From contig CATNEN010000001.1 in the NCBI GenBank assembly GCA_950097015.1, forward strand, positions 24,800,001 to 24,864,000: 64,000 nucleotides of DNA, written 5' to 3'. This DNA comes from Macrostomum hystrix. Its lineage: Eukaryota > Animalia > Platyhelminthes. Both the position numbers and the translations under genes were made by a program. The notes under the pieces were generated by a model that was not told the DNA's origin, did not search any database, and saw only the letters and a program-made list of their open reading frames with translations. How positions within the stretch are numbered: the first letter of the stretch is position 1; every line of letters starts with the position of its first letter. This document shows positions 34,554 to 46,489 of this stretch, piece after piece.

Positions 34554-35328
34554 ATGACCAAGTCAGTTCTAGTTGTCGGTGCCATTTGCAGTGCTGTGCT
34601 AGCCTGCGTTGCTGCCAGGGTCTCTCAGTTCTCCTACCTGGGCTGCTACTTGGACAATAATTATCCCAGCAGAGCCTTGAAAGGCCTCGAGGGGATCAGC
34701 CAGCTCGGCGACTTTGCGCGCTTTGATACCGTGGGGGTATCCAGCTCCAGCATGTCGTATGAGTTCTGTGCGAATGTCTGCTCCATTGGCGGCTTCCCCT
34801 ACTTCGGCGTGGTGTCTTATTACTGCTTCTGTGGCAATACCTACGCCAGCCAAACAACATACGCTGACACTGATTGCAGCAGCACTTGCTCAGGAAATCC
34901 TACTCAGAAGTGCGGAGGCGGCTTTCGAATCTCATTGTTCTCCATTGTCTACCCTGGTGAGTCGCTGTACTCTTTTCAATTATACGGTCTCAGCTTCTCT
35001 TTAGAATGATTCAAAAGCAATTGCCATTTACATTTACTTTAGTGCATTGCGCTGCTATTCCGAGTGTTTTGAATGTCGTGCGTACTGCATTTCAGATAAC
35101 AAGACCTTCACAAAGACTGACAGGCCCACAAAGACAGTCACCACAACTGTTGCAACCAACTGGACTGTGCCCGTTAGGAACGACCTCTTCTGCCTGGAGG
35201 AGTGCGCGAGCAGCCCGAACTGCCAGGCGGTGATTTTCAACGAACAGCAGCTGCTGTGCCACCTGCTCAGGTTTTCCTACCTGCCACCCGGCCTGAATTT
35301 TACTGGCGACTTCTTTATGCGCGGCTGA
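34554..35328 (+). CDS. Secreted WSC-domain + PAN/apple-domain protein (2 exons), paralog of 20765-21523
   Basis: Exons 34554-34956 and 35096-35328. Signal peptide, WSC cysteine pattern, CLEEC...CQAVIFNEQQLLCHLL. Same intron position and phase (after YP) as the paralog. TATA tataaa at about 34485. Confidence 0.87.
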
Positions 35329-35567
35329 GCTCAAACATGCAGCTCTGAATCTAGAAAGTAGAGAGAGACAAACCCCGCTAAACCCCCATGCATTTTCAGG
35401 ACCAGTGTAGGCTCACTGGCAGTAACGAAAGTACACAGCGAAGACGGGAAATTCTGATGCACTAATTGAAGAAAGACGTACACTGATAACTTACGTATCG
35501 TGTACGTATGCGTATACGTAAATACAATTTTAGAAACGGAAATTTTAGAATTGCCATTTTTCAACGC

Positions 35568-36607
35568 ACGTTTCGCTAGCCGCAACCCAGCCGCATCACT
35601 TTTTAAAATCACTAGTACCACTTGCAAAATCCATCTTTTCTAATAGATTTTGACTAGATTTAATTGTACCACACGTTAAATTATCTTCATATTGCTAATC
35701 ATGTCACTTTTGAAGCCTTCAAATTTCCGGATTAAAAAAACCTATTTTCAAATAATTAAGTATACTAATTTATATAATTATCAATTTCAGCGGCCTTGCA
35801 TGAAGCCGTAACAACAGAGAGTCACAGCAGAATGATCTAAAATGTACCGCTTCTAAGAGAATAATATTGGACACGCAAATATCAGCTTGACTAAAAGAAA
35901 ATTGGAAGTGCGTCACCAACTTAAAATTATACAACGAAGCTTTAGCTGGCTGAGTTAAAAAAATATTATAGTTGTGATGCCTTTAAAATGAGCGGATGCT
36001 GCAAGATATTTATTTACCATCGGAATTTTGCTAAACTCAAAATAACATACAGGAAGTAAGTCCGATTTGTATTATTCTTAGTGTCACAAAATTCCGGGTC
36101 AAATTCAGAAAGCACACGCGAAGAAAATGTAAACGAAGGATTTTGTCTAAAACTTTCGAACCGTTGGATCAAAATGCCTAATTTGGCATAATAATGGTAC
36201 AAATGTGGTACAGGCCGTATGTATTCTATTTTTGGAGAGAGAAGACCATTTGCTACCGGGAATGACTTCATTAAAACTTCAGACGATGATTTTTTGCTTA
36301 TTAAAGCTCGTTCAGATCAAATTTTGAGCTCAAAAGATGCGCAGTTTGCTGAAATTTTATAAATTAAAAACGGTACAAGAATCTAGTCAAAAGCAAGGGC
36401 GCAAGTGACCAGCCCAATGCCAGCCGCATCGATTTTTTTAAATCCGGAAATTTGAAGGCTTCAAAAGTGACATGATTAGCAATATGAGGATAATTTAACG
36501 TGTGGTACAATTAAATCTAGTCAAAATCTATTAGAAAAGATGGATTTTGCAAGTGGTACGAGTGATTTTAAAAAGTGATGCGGCTGGGTTGCGGCTTAGC
36601 GAAACGT
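35568..36607. mobile_element. Non-autonomous DNA transposon / foldback element with ~170-bp terminal inverted repeats
   Basis: 35568-35740 is a near-perfect reverse complement of 36433-36607. No transposase ORF inside and no clear TSD. Confidence 0.72.
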
Positions 36608-37322
36608 CGGTATTTAACAGTGTACAACCATAAAAAGTTTTAATGCAGAAAACGTTTTTATTAATAATTCACTAGATTTGTTTCCAACTCGTTGCTAATC
36701 AAAAGTTTTACTTCACTCGCAGTACATATTTCAGGCAGAAAAGCGCACAGTGTCAACGCAACATTGCTTAAAAGATTAAAAAAATTGTATATAATTTATA
36801 TTTCCTATTCTATCAGTAGTTTTCTGTCTGCTTTTAGCTTGCCTTCTGTTTTTTAGTTTTTTTTATATCGTCCTCATTTCCGCTTTATTGACAGCTTCTG
36901 TCCCGAAAAAAATGTTTTTAAACCATTTTAGAAGTCACTCAAGCCAAACAATTGGCATTGGGATCTGAATATTGCTGAGTTTTTAACTATTTGTGTGCAT
37001 AATTTTTCTGCGCAGCAATACACCCGAAGCCAAAATCTATTTAGCTTTTCAAGTCTAACCCTGCCTTTCTGTGTCATAGGCATCTGAGGATAATGATCCT
37101 CAGTGTGGGCATCGGGCTGTGAGATTCCTGGCCCAGCTGACACAGATACTAACTATAGAGCCACACCAGTTATCCTCAGCTGCTATAAATTTCAACCCAA
37201 TTAAATTTATGGTTTTGGGTATATTTGCATCGCTGCTTTTAATGAAGCAGCCTGGCACAACAACTGCCAGGTGTGGCTAATTGAAGTAACTCTAGGGGTG
37301 ACAGGATTACTCAGTAACTGTA

Positions 37323-37745
37323 CTGTGTCAGAGTGGGTCAGTGAAGTGTCTGCACTGTGTCAGAGTGGGTCAGTGAAGTGTCTCCACTGTGTCAGAGTGG
37401 GTCTGTGAAGTGTCTCCACTGTGTCAGAGTGGGTCTGTGAAGTGTCTCCACTGTGTCAGAGTGGGTCAGTGAAGTGTCTCCACTGTGTCAGAGTGGGTCA
37501 GTGAAGTGTCTCCACTGTGTCAGAGTGGGTCAGTGAAGTGTCTCCACTGTGTCAGAGTGGGTCAGTGAAGTGTCTCCACTGTGTCAGAGTGGTTCAGTGA
37601 AGTGTCTCCACTGTGTCAGAGTGGGTCAGTGAAGTGTCTCCACTGTGTCAGAGTGGGTCAGTGAAGTGTCTCCACTGTGTCAGAGTGGGTCAGTGAAGTG
37701 TCTCCACTGTGTCAGAGTGGGTCAGTGAAGTGTCTGTTCTGTGTT
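37323..37745. repeat. 32-bp minisatellite (ctgtgtcagagtgggtcagtgaagtgtctcca)n
   Basis: About 13 tandem units. Confidence 0.92.
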
Positions 37746-38728
37746 ACTGATGATGAATAATCTACATTAATTAATTCATTGCGTGGGCGTCATATTAGCG
37801 CCCAGTGGCGAATGTGAATTCCAGGACCTAATTGCATATGGGTCTTTTTTTGAAGATAATTCATTTAATTAACTCTTGACTGTGCGTGTATACTGCAGGA
37901 TTTTTCACTGTCATTTCGGCCACTCTGGGAGCTATATGAGAGATGAAGCACCCACCTCAGGTAAGCTACAGCCTTACATAGCCATGTAGGGAGGTTAATA
38001 AATGTTTCCGTGTCGTAGAAAACAATTCCTGATAAATATTTTAGCTAGAATTGTATTTAATTTCTCAAACTTATATGCTACCTAAGTGTAGCTGCAGTGA
38101 AGCAGGCATTTTATTGACATCGTATTTGATTAGCGAAAGCGATGAAAACCTGCCACCATTTCTCAAGTTGACGAGCTAGCTGAAGAATATCTAAACTGAA
38201 AAATCAAATATCAATCAGCGCTCACAACAGTATAGGCATGCACTTATGTCATGGATGCAACTCACGGAGACAATTTGCGTCGTTGAGCATGGCGCTCAAT
38301 TCCCTAGATTCAAAATGGCTAATGTGGCTAAATAGCTACAGAACACCATTTTGCTTTGCTTAAATGTTTTTCTTTTTGAAATAGAAATGCTTCGCTTTAA
38401 CTAAGTTGTTCAGTTCGTTCGTCGCTTCTTGCGCTGCAAATTGCCCGCACTGGCGTGAAATGAACTCCTGGAATTTAAGACCCGAAACCACAGCAGCCAA
38501 TGCGGTTTGTCTACTGATTATTGGTTGATTTTGATCAATCTTCATCGAAAAGCGAACGACACAAAAATGTTTACGTAGAAGTTTTTCTGAAGTGCCAGAG
38601 TGTAAAGTGTCGTTATTTTTCAGTAAAAGTTTTGGTAGTAAAAATAATTTTTTTTATTTAAAGAAACGAAAAATTTAGGAGCTTGGAATGAAAATAGAAA
38701 GAGAACACTAGAGAAGTGTGTAAGGAGA

Positions 38729-40459
38729 ATGAATTTCCTGCAGCTTGTTACTCGGTTGCTTCTTTTGCTTCCGTTGTTACACGTCGATGTGGCTTCTGTC
38801 ACCCGGATCTGCAAATCCTTATATATATCCAGCTACGGCTATGAGACCCACAGAAATGTTAGTCGGTTGCAGGCGGATTTAACGGCTTATGTAGCTGGCT
38901 GCCAGTATGTTTTCGGCGACTTGGAGTTGGATGGGATTGGCCTTGACCAACCAACAGATAAACCGTTGGACGATGCAATTCGAGGCATGCAAACTGACTT
39001 TCTTGACTCCATTGTGGAGATCAGAGGAACACTAGCGATTAAGTACGTCATCCTTGAGCGCGTCACCTTTCGCAACTTGCGCACCATCCGAGGTTACGCT
39101 TTTGACAATTTTACAGAGTACTCATTTGAAATATTAATGACGCCGTACATGAGCAAGCTCGAAATGCCGAAGTTGACTGCCATCGCAAAGAGAGATGTTC
39201 ATACTATTGGGCCCATGAAGTCTAGCTTGTACTGCTACCTGTCCTACAGCATCAACTGGAAAAGCCTGTTTCGAGAACCAGACCAGAGCTATTTAGATGA
39301 TGTGCTTTCTATCATCACTGAAGAAGGCAGAGAACTTATTATAAACAATTCGACCTTGGATGTGATCAGGCATACCTGCAATCGTCAGCTTTCGTGTCAC
39401 TCTAATTGTACTCCAACTTATAACCAAACTTGCTGGTCCGACGGTGTTGATGGCTGTCAAAGTAATCATCTGTGTCGTAAACGCAAGTGTCACTCGAACC
39501 TATGCTTCCATAACCCGAACACTGGCCAAGAAGACTGCTGCCACGACGACTGCCTTGGCGGTTGCTCAAACCGGCCCAACGAGTGCTTCGCCTGTCGGAG
39601 TGGAGTATTGTTCAATGGTGTCTGTAGAGAATCCTGTCCGTCGAATACTAGTACCGCTAGTGGTAATGGCACTGGCGTGACTGTTTGGCGACAGATCGGC
39701 AACATCTGCGTAGAGAAGTGCTCACTGCCATTTCTTGTTAGCTCTGACGGCAGGCGCTGTTTAATCGAGTGTCCGTCAGCAGAAGTCCCTATCAAAGGAG
39801 TTTGTACAAAGTGTATTGACAAACTTGGCTCTAAGCCCTGCAAATCGTGCAATGTCTCCTTAATAATATCAGACAATTTAGCAAACTCATTGAGGACTGA
39901 GCAGTGTTCGATTTGGAGGGCCGATTCTTCTCTAGACGTGTCTGCTGATAAGTTAAGTAGCTTAGATAACCTTAGAGCATTGGAGAATTTAGAGTACTTT
40001 TACGGCACTTTATTAATTAAGAGATCTCAACACTTAACAAACAATCTCCGATTCCTACGTAATATCAAACTCGTCACTGATTCCTTTATGATTTTATTTC
40101 TCAAGACGAGATACCTCGGACTAGCTAGCTTGGAATATACTCGTGACCTTCGGCTGATCAGAATTAGAGATCTTTGCAGAGCCTGGTATCCTAGCAATCG
40201 AATCCGAGAAATCCAGGAAGTCACTAAAGAATTTAAAATTAGAACACGAAACTTGAGCTTTGATGACAGCAGCGAGATTTGCCGGAACGCTACCTGCGAT
40301 GCTCAGTGCCAGGACGAATGCTGGGGACCCGGCCCAGACATGTGCGTGGCGTGTCGGAACTTCAAAGTGAACGGCCGCTGCTATGCCACCTGTGCGGAGT
40401 CGGGCAGGTATGAAGTAAATGGGAATTGTGAACTGCCTGTGCCACAGCTAATCGGCTAA
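38729..40459 (+). CDS. Secreted EGFR/ErbB-like ectodomain-only protein, copy 1 (signal peptide, L1, furin-like Cys-rich, L2, partial domain IV)
   Basis: Intact 576-aa single-exon ORF with GCQYVFGDLEL, FRNLRTIRG, CCHDDCLGGC and CDAQCQDECWGPGPDMCVACRNF. No TM helix or kinase before the stop. Confidence 0.88.
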   Translation: MNFLQLVTRLLLLLPLLHVDVASVTRICKSLYISSYGYETHRNVSRLQADLTAYVAGCQYVFGDLELDGIGLDQPTDKPLDDAIRGMQTDFLDSIVEIRGTLAIKYVILERVTFRNLRTIRGYAFDNFTEYSFEILMTPYMSKLEMPKLTAIAKRDVHTIGPMKSSLYCYLSYSINWKSLFREPDQSYLDDVLSIITEEGRELIINNSTLDVIRHTCNRQLSCHSNCTPTYNQTCWSDGVDGCQSNHLCRKRKCHSNLCFHNPNTGQEDCCHDDCLGGCSNRPNECFACRSGVLFNGVCRESCPSNTSTASGNGTGVTVWRQIGNICVEKCSLPFLVSSDGRRCLIECPSAEVPIKGVCTKCIDKLGSKPCKSCNVSLIISDNLANSLRTEQCSIWRADSSLDVSADKLSSLDNLRALENLEYFYGTLLIKRSQHLTNNLRFLRNIKLVTDSFMILFLKTRYLGLASLEYTRDLRLIRIRDLCRAWYPSNRIREIQEVTKEFKIRTRNLSFDDSSEICRNATCDAQCQDECWGPGPDMCVACRNFKVNGRCYATCAESGRYEVNGNCELPVPQLIG

Positions 40460-41729
40460 TGCGATGAAGGCTGCAACGGTCCAGGCGTGATCCGTGTGTG
40501 AACTGAGAAGTTTCATCCCGCACAACAATTTAACGTATCGGGACGTAACAGGAACGTATATTTTTAGGTGAAATTGATACGTCACGGATGCGTATTGTTT
40601 TTGGTCAATGTAACGTCCCGGAGACCAACATTGAGGAAGTTTTATTAAGGTTGCATGAGAACGTAAATATAGGTATTTTAAGAACGTCACAAATTCGTCC
40701 CTTGTGGACTCAGTACTGAGAATAAATAATTAAGAGATTTTCCTCTTCATGGTACAGATTGTATTAAATTAAATACATTTGGCGAGAAGATTCATATTTT
40801 AGTTTTGAAGTTTGCAATCGCCGAGCTTTGAAACATATTTATTCTAAAATATTTAGGATTGCAAAAAAACATTAAAATTAAGCAGCTGGAAAACGAAAAC
40901 AAACATACAGTTATTTTCGTAACAACTTAAGTAAAATCAATATATATATATACATGTACGTGACGATTAAACATCACAGAAATAGAACTAGCACAATAAA
41001 AACAAAAAAACTGTCAAACATTCGTAGCAACTGTAAACATAGCAACTTAATATTAGTAAAATTGAACGGGACAAAAGTAAAGAAAATGCACAATTCAGAT
41101 CCATGAAACATTTATTTGAAGTTCCAAAGAAAAAAATTTTTTTTTGTTTACATTGTTTCCTCCAGTGAATGAAAAAAGTTCTGCGCAGAGCTGCGATTTC
41201 CGCGCACCAGTGAAGTAAATGGAGAATGGACGTGTTTCTTAGGAATGTCATTTCTGAAGACTGGTACTTCCCTAATTCCCAATTTTTTTTTGTTCATAAA
41301 ATTGTATCTGTATATATATTAGCATATGTATTACCATTAGTATAAGCATATTAACATACTTATAACATTGTTTTTCTTCTTGCCTGATGTTACATTGGAT
41401 ATAGCTATTCGCTACTTCTGCTCTGTCCGATGGTTGGATTTCCAAGACAAAAAAGGAACAAAGATAGCCCCATGAGCTGAAGCCAAAAGTCATTCATTCA
41501 TTGTTTTAGAACATTCAGAATGCAATTTAATAAGAAAGGTGAGAAAGTGTCACAGGAGAGCAGAGTTCGCAGGGTGGACTGCGCAGTAGCATCTGCCGTA
41601 GATCATAGCAGAAACGAAAAATTATACATTGAATACCTTAAAGGAAAACCACTAATCCAGAATACATTTTAACGAGTTGTTTTAGTTTGTTTGCCAGTTC
41701 TTTGAAAATTACGCACTCTTAGATTCCTC

Positions 41730-41885
41730 TTCGTTCTGGCCGATCCCCTCTAGCTCGAATTCGGTGTCGTCGTTCTGGCCGATCCCCTCCAGCTCCAATT
41801 CGGTGTCGTCGTTCTGGCCGACCCCCTCCAGCTCCAATTCGGTGTCGTCGTTCTGGCCGATCCCCTCCAGCTCCAATTCGGCGTC
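41730..41885. repeat. 39-bp tandem repeat (4 units; ELELEGIGQNDDT on the minus strand)
   Basis: Visible tandem units within the unassigned ORF 41709-42131(-). Confidence 0.8.
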
Positions 41886-42423
41886 CTCGTCGGTGCCGTT
41901 CTCATTCGAAGTGATAAATTCTACCCCGTCAGCCTGGAGGCCCGTGATCAAGGCTGCCTTTCGTTTCATCCGCTTTAGAATACCCCCAATGAAAGACAGA
42001 GCAGACTGCGGCCCCAGCTGTCGCATTAAGCTCTTCGTTTGACTGATGACATCTGCAGAACAATTATAATTGCTTTTCGTTTGACAATCGATGCATCCAT
42101 ATAATACAAAGAAAATAGCCATGGCTTGCATACATGCAAGTTTAAAATATGGTGCAATATTTTTAAAGCTATAGATTCAACAACTGAAGTAGGAAGCGGC
42201 CTCTTGGATCTGCGTCCTTGAATATTGAAGTTACGCAGCGTCTGAGCATTTGCTGTCCACATAAGCATAGAAGATATGCTGCCCGTTGTTTTTGGGGCAG
42301 AAATTTAAAGCAAAGCAGTAAGCAATTCACGTCTCTGTATTAACTTTATAGTGAAGGTCACCATTTATTTATTTACTGATTATTTCTTTAGAAACATGTC
42401 TCTTAGCCACTCCTCTATACAGT

Positions 42424-42695
42424 CAGTGGCAGATCCAGGAATTTTGTTTTGGGGCGGTCTGTCAGGGGAGCGCCATGAGAATCACAGAGGGGGTGCCAGC
42501 GGCCGAAAAAGGGCGCCAGGAGCCAAGAAAGGGCGCCAGTGGCTGAAAAACGGGAGCCAGCGGCTGAAAAAGGGGCGCCAGCGGCCGAAGAGGGGCGCCA
42601 GTGCTGCGACTGGCGCCCCTGGTGAGGGCATCTTATTCCCATGATTAAAATTTAGGGGGTCGACTGCCCCCCGCCCCCCCCTAAATCTGCCTCTG
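42424..42695. mobile_element. hAT-type MITE
   Basis: TIRs cagtggcagat / atctgcctctg, perfect 8-bp TSD tatacagt (42416-42423 and 42696-42703), internal ~21-bp ggcgccag repeats. Confidence 0.85.
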
Positions 42696-42847
42696 TATAC
42701 AGTATGCATGTACACGCGTATACATAAGGAAAATAGCCATGGCATAACAATAACAATGTCAAAGAAACAAAATTAAACTGTTTCAGAGTTCAGAGTTAGA
42801 CAGGTCAAGGTCAATTCGTGACTACTTTTCTATTAATTGCTTGCGAG

Positions 42848-43215
42848 TCACCTCAAGGCCTGGGGATACACCACATTCTTCGTTCTTCCCCTTGGTGCGA
42901 AAATGAATAGGCCAGCTAGAGTTCCAACACGGGAGCAGGCGACATAAAGCTGCCCATGCGAGAAGCAAGGAGTCTCCAGGTTGATGCCAGCCACCTTCAG
43001 CGACTGTCCCTGAGCCTTGTTAATAGTCATCGCAAAGCACACTCTCACAGGGAACTGCAGTCGCTTGAACTGAAATTGCAGGTCCGTGGGGATAATTGTA
43101 ATCCGGGGAACGAACACAGACTCTCCTCTGCCAGATCCAGTCATTATCGTGGCCTCAATCACGTGTGGGAAGAGCCGCCTGACTGGCCGACACAATTGCA
43201 GTCGAATCGCCATGA
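42848..43215 (-). mobile_element. Helitron PIF1-like helicase C-terminal fragment
   Basis: VIEATIMTG...VFVPRI...FKRLQFPVRVCFAMTINKAQGQSL...CFSHGQLYVACSRV...TKNVVYPQAL*. Confidence 0.88.
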
Positions 43216-43439
43216 TACGCCCTGAATTGATTTGCTTGTTCGTTGATGGCAACGAGGCACTGTACAGCGTACTTAGTAGAGAACCCTGGAAGGCCTGCAA
43301 TAGCGGTGGCCGAAAATGTTGACAGTCGATCACCTTGGTACTGCAGGATAGGCACTTCCTGCTGGCTGCCTTGATTCGCCTGAAAATGCAAAACCAAGTG
43401 AAATCATTTAGCAAATAGTACATAATCATAAAACAGACT

Positions 43440-43755
43440 TGCTCTTAATGCTCATCATTAAACACTCATTGCTAAATGCTCACTGCTAAATGCGCATTGC
43501 TAAACAGTCATTGCTAAATGCTTATTGCTAAACACTCATCACTAAATGCTCATCACTAAATGCTCATTGCTAAACACTCATTGCTAAATGCTCATCACTA
43601 AATGCTCATTGCTAAACACTCATTGCTAAATGCTCATCACTAAATGCTCATTGCTAAACACTCATTGCTAAATGCTCATCGCTAAACACTCATTGCTAAA
43701 TGCTCATCACTAAATGCTCATTGCTAAACACTTATCACTAAATGCTCATTGCTGT
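43440..43755. repeat. 14-bp minisatellite with 42-bp higher-order period (ctaaatgctcatca/ctaaatgctcattg/ctaaacactcattg)
   Basis: About 22 monomers next to the Helitron fragment. Confidence 0.88.
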
Positions 43756-44950
43756 ATACAACACATTGAGATACAAAGAGCTGATGCAGAGATTTTGTTG
43801 ACTAAAATATCGCTAGATGATTATTCGGGTTCGAACTAGGGACCTTATGGGGAGGGGCGTTCGAACCGGGGAACCAACAGGAAGGGTTGTTCAAATCAGG
43901 GACTTTATGGGGAGGGGGGTTCGAACCAGGGGCCTTTAGTAGTTTATATTATTTTTTGAATGTTTGAAGGTAGAAGGTTTGAAGGTATACTACAGTTTAG
44001 AGCCTGTGGCTGTTCGGATGCTAATAGTTCTAAGAGTACGGCTTCTTAAAAGCCTAATGGGAATACGTCTCCACTATTGTTACGGGCTTAGGTAGTATAT
44101 GTGCATGGTAGATTTGCAAGGCAGTTCAAATAAAGGATAACGTATCATGGCGTAAAAAAACAAAACAATGACCGCACCACGAAATAAATTCCTGTTCTAT
44201 TTATACATGGCAGCTAATACAACAGATAAAACATGCAAATTAAAAAATTAATTATAAAAAGCAGCCACGGGTAGTAAAAAAGTGCAATGGTTAAACCGCT
44301 GGTGAGACTATAGAGAGTAGCAACGCAAAAAGACGATTGATTGTTTTTGTCTAACGGGTATTTGGGACAGTACTGAGTCAGAAAAGAACGACTAGCCCTA
44401 GTTAAACAAATAAAACACAATGGGCTTCAAAAACCTCAGCTTTCCAATTACCGAAAGCTTCTAATAAACACAAGAAATGTTTTGCACTTTTACTATAGTT
44501 TGATGACGTTAGCACCTTTATTTCTTTATTTCTTACCTACAGGTTGTAGGTATTACGTTACACTTGACCTATCAGTATCAATTAAATATGGAATATGTAT
44601 AGGCTCAGGACCTAGATCATTTCTGGCTGACAATGAATGTATACTCAGTGTGGCCACCGTTGGCAGTGCGCTAAAATGACTTTTCTGTGCTATAGCGCTA
44701 CTATTTCCATGTATTGGACAAGTAAAGTAAAGCACAAAAAGTGCTTTACTTTTGTAAGTAAGAAAAAGTAATTCTTACAAAAAATTTTCTTACTTACAAA
44801 AGTAAAGCCTGCAATCAGAGTGCAGGCTTGTCAGTCTACGTCAGTTGGGTGCTAGGTGGGGAGTTGGGTTTGGGTGGCTAGGTGGGCAGTTGGGTGGCTA
44901 GGTGGGGAGTTCGGTGGCTAGGTGCGGAGTTGGGTGTCTAGATAAGGAGT

Positions 44951-45436
44951 TTAGTGGCAAGGTGGGGAGTTCATGAAGTCAAACGGATTTTCCGAGTTAT
45001 AGGCCGAGTCACAGCCCAGCTTGATAAGCAGCCGATCCGCCACAAACTCTATGTAGCGGCAAATGGCTTTGCTGTCTATGCCGATGAGTGACACAGGCAC
45101 CGCCGTTGTCAGAACGCTCTGCTCGATGCGCACCGCGTCGCACACGATCTCCAAGATGCGATGCGCGGGCGGCCGCTTGAGGTGGCGGAACATCAGGCAG
45201 GTAAAGTCCATATTGAGGCCCTGGCTGATCAACTTTTGGCTGATCGTCAGGCCGGGCATTAGGCCGCACCTCTTCAGCCAGAAAATGGCGGCGAAGCACC
45301 CGCTGAAGAAAATGCCCTCAACGGCAGCGAAGCCGACGAGCCGCTCGCCGAAGCACCGCTCGCCTAAGCTATCCCTCCGGTCCATGTAGTAGAGGGCCTG
45401 GCGCACCGGCAGCAGAACCATGATGTTGTTGAACAC
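44951..45436 (-). pseudogene. Ribonucleotide reductase small subunit (RRM2-like) 3' fragment, inactivated
   Basis: [33 protein letters not shown]...[10 protein letters not shown]...ENPFDFM. The iron-ligand segment ISRDEGLH is altered to ISQGLN, the N-terminal half is absent, and there are no introns. Confidence 0.82.
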
Positions 45437-45479
45437 ATCGGCCTAGTCCGCAGCGTTCGTGCACCTGTGCGTGATCAGG

Positions 45480-46261
45480 TACCTCTGGCTACGGCTCTGA
45501 GGGAAAGGTGTCACCCTTTGACCTTAACAGGGTATGCGGCCAGTCCGCAGGCCTCGGCGCTGGCCAAATAGCGCCCTCTAATGTCCCAGTGTTGACCGCG
45601 CTGATGGACGCTTGACCAGGGAGTAGTCTGGCCTCCTACGGTTCCTCCCGGTGGTCCTGGCATCCCACCCCGGGTTGTAACTTGTCTTTTTTGGCTGCCC
45701 CCGCTCAGCTTTGGGATCGCGGCTGAGCGGGTTATTCCTGCCTGTGTCTACAGGAAGCCCCTCTCCTCATTGCAGCTTCTAATGGCTTCCAGCCTTCCAA
45801 CTGCTCCGGCCGAGGACACCATGGTGCCCGAGGCCATACACGCTGCGGCGCCCGGGCTAGCTGGCCCCGCGACCGCCACAAATGCCGCGCTGCCCAACTC
45901 GCGCGATGACCGGGGCGCTAAGCGCTCCACAACCTCTGGAGCGGCAAAGCGTCGTAGGCGCTTAATGGCCCACGGCAAGCCGGCTCCATCGACCGAGGAC
46001 CGGGCCCAGGCCAGAGGGGCCGAAGGGGCTCTGCCTAGGGCGGGGGCTGGGGCGGGGGGCCTTGCGCCTCCTGCCCAGGCTCCTGCACGGGGCGGAGCCC
46101 ACGACGCCCCGAGGCCAGGGTCGCGGGCCAAGGAGGTCCCGGCGCCCATCCGGACGGCGGCTCGGCCTGAAGGAGAAGCGGAGGCAGAGGGCCCTGTGCC
46201 CACCGCCGACGCTGATCCCGAGGGTGGGGTCGCCACCGGACAGGGCCCGGGACCTCATTAG
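45480..46261 (+). mobile_element. Probable 5' UTR and ORF1 start of a non-LTR retrotransposon (GC-rich, truncated)
   Basis: GC-rich structured leader followed by a low-complexity A/P/G/R-rich ORF with a KRRRR motif that ends abruptly. No diagnostic domain. Confidence 0.35.
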
Positions 46262-46489
46262 CCCTGATTGGCTTAGCCTAACCAATGAAAGCTAAAGAGC
46301 CTAATTATTTCGAAGAACAGTCAGAGTCAGAACCCGAAGCCTCAGTGAAAGGGAACGACCTAAACGGTTGAGAATGCGTGGATTGAGGAGGTCAACATGG
46401 ACCAGATCTCTCCGCAGATCAGAGGAAAGCGGTAATCGATTTGGTGAAAGAGCAGTGCCAAGCGCTCTCACAGCATGAGTTAGATATAT

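Noticed and set aside
41709-42131. 140-aa acidic ORF as a gene
   Set aside because: Much of it is a 39-bp tandem repeat within transposon-rich DNA, with no domain or clear exon structure.
45615-45690. HDV-like ribozyme in the putative LINE leader (gggagta...gcc tcctac ggt tcctccc gg)
   Set aside because: P1, P3 and P1.1 are partly plausible, but P1 has a mismatch and no J4/2 or P2' strand could be found.
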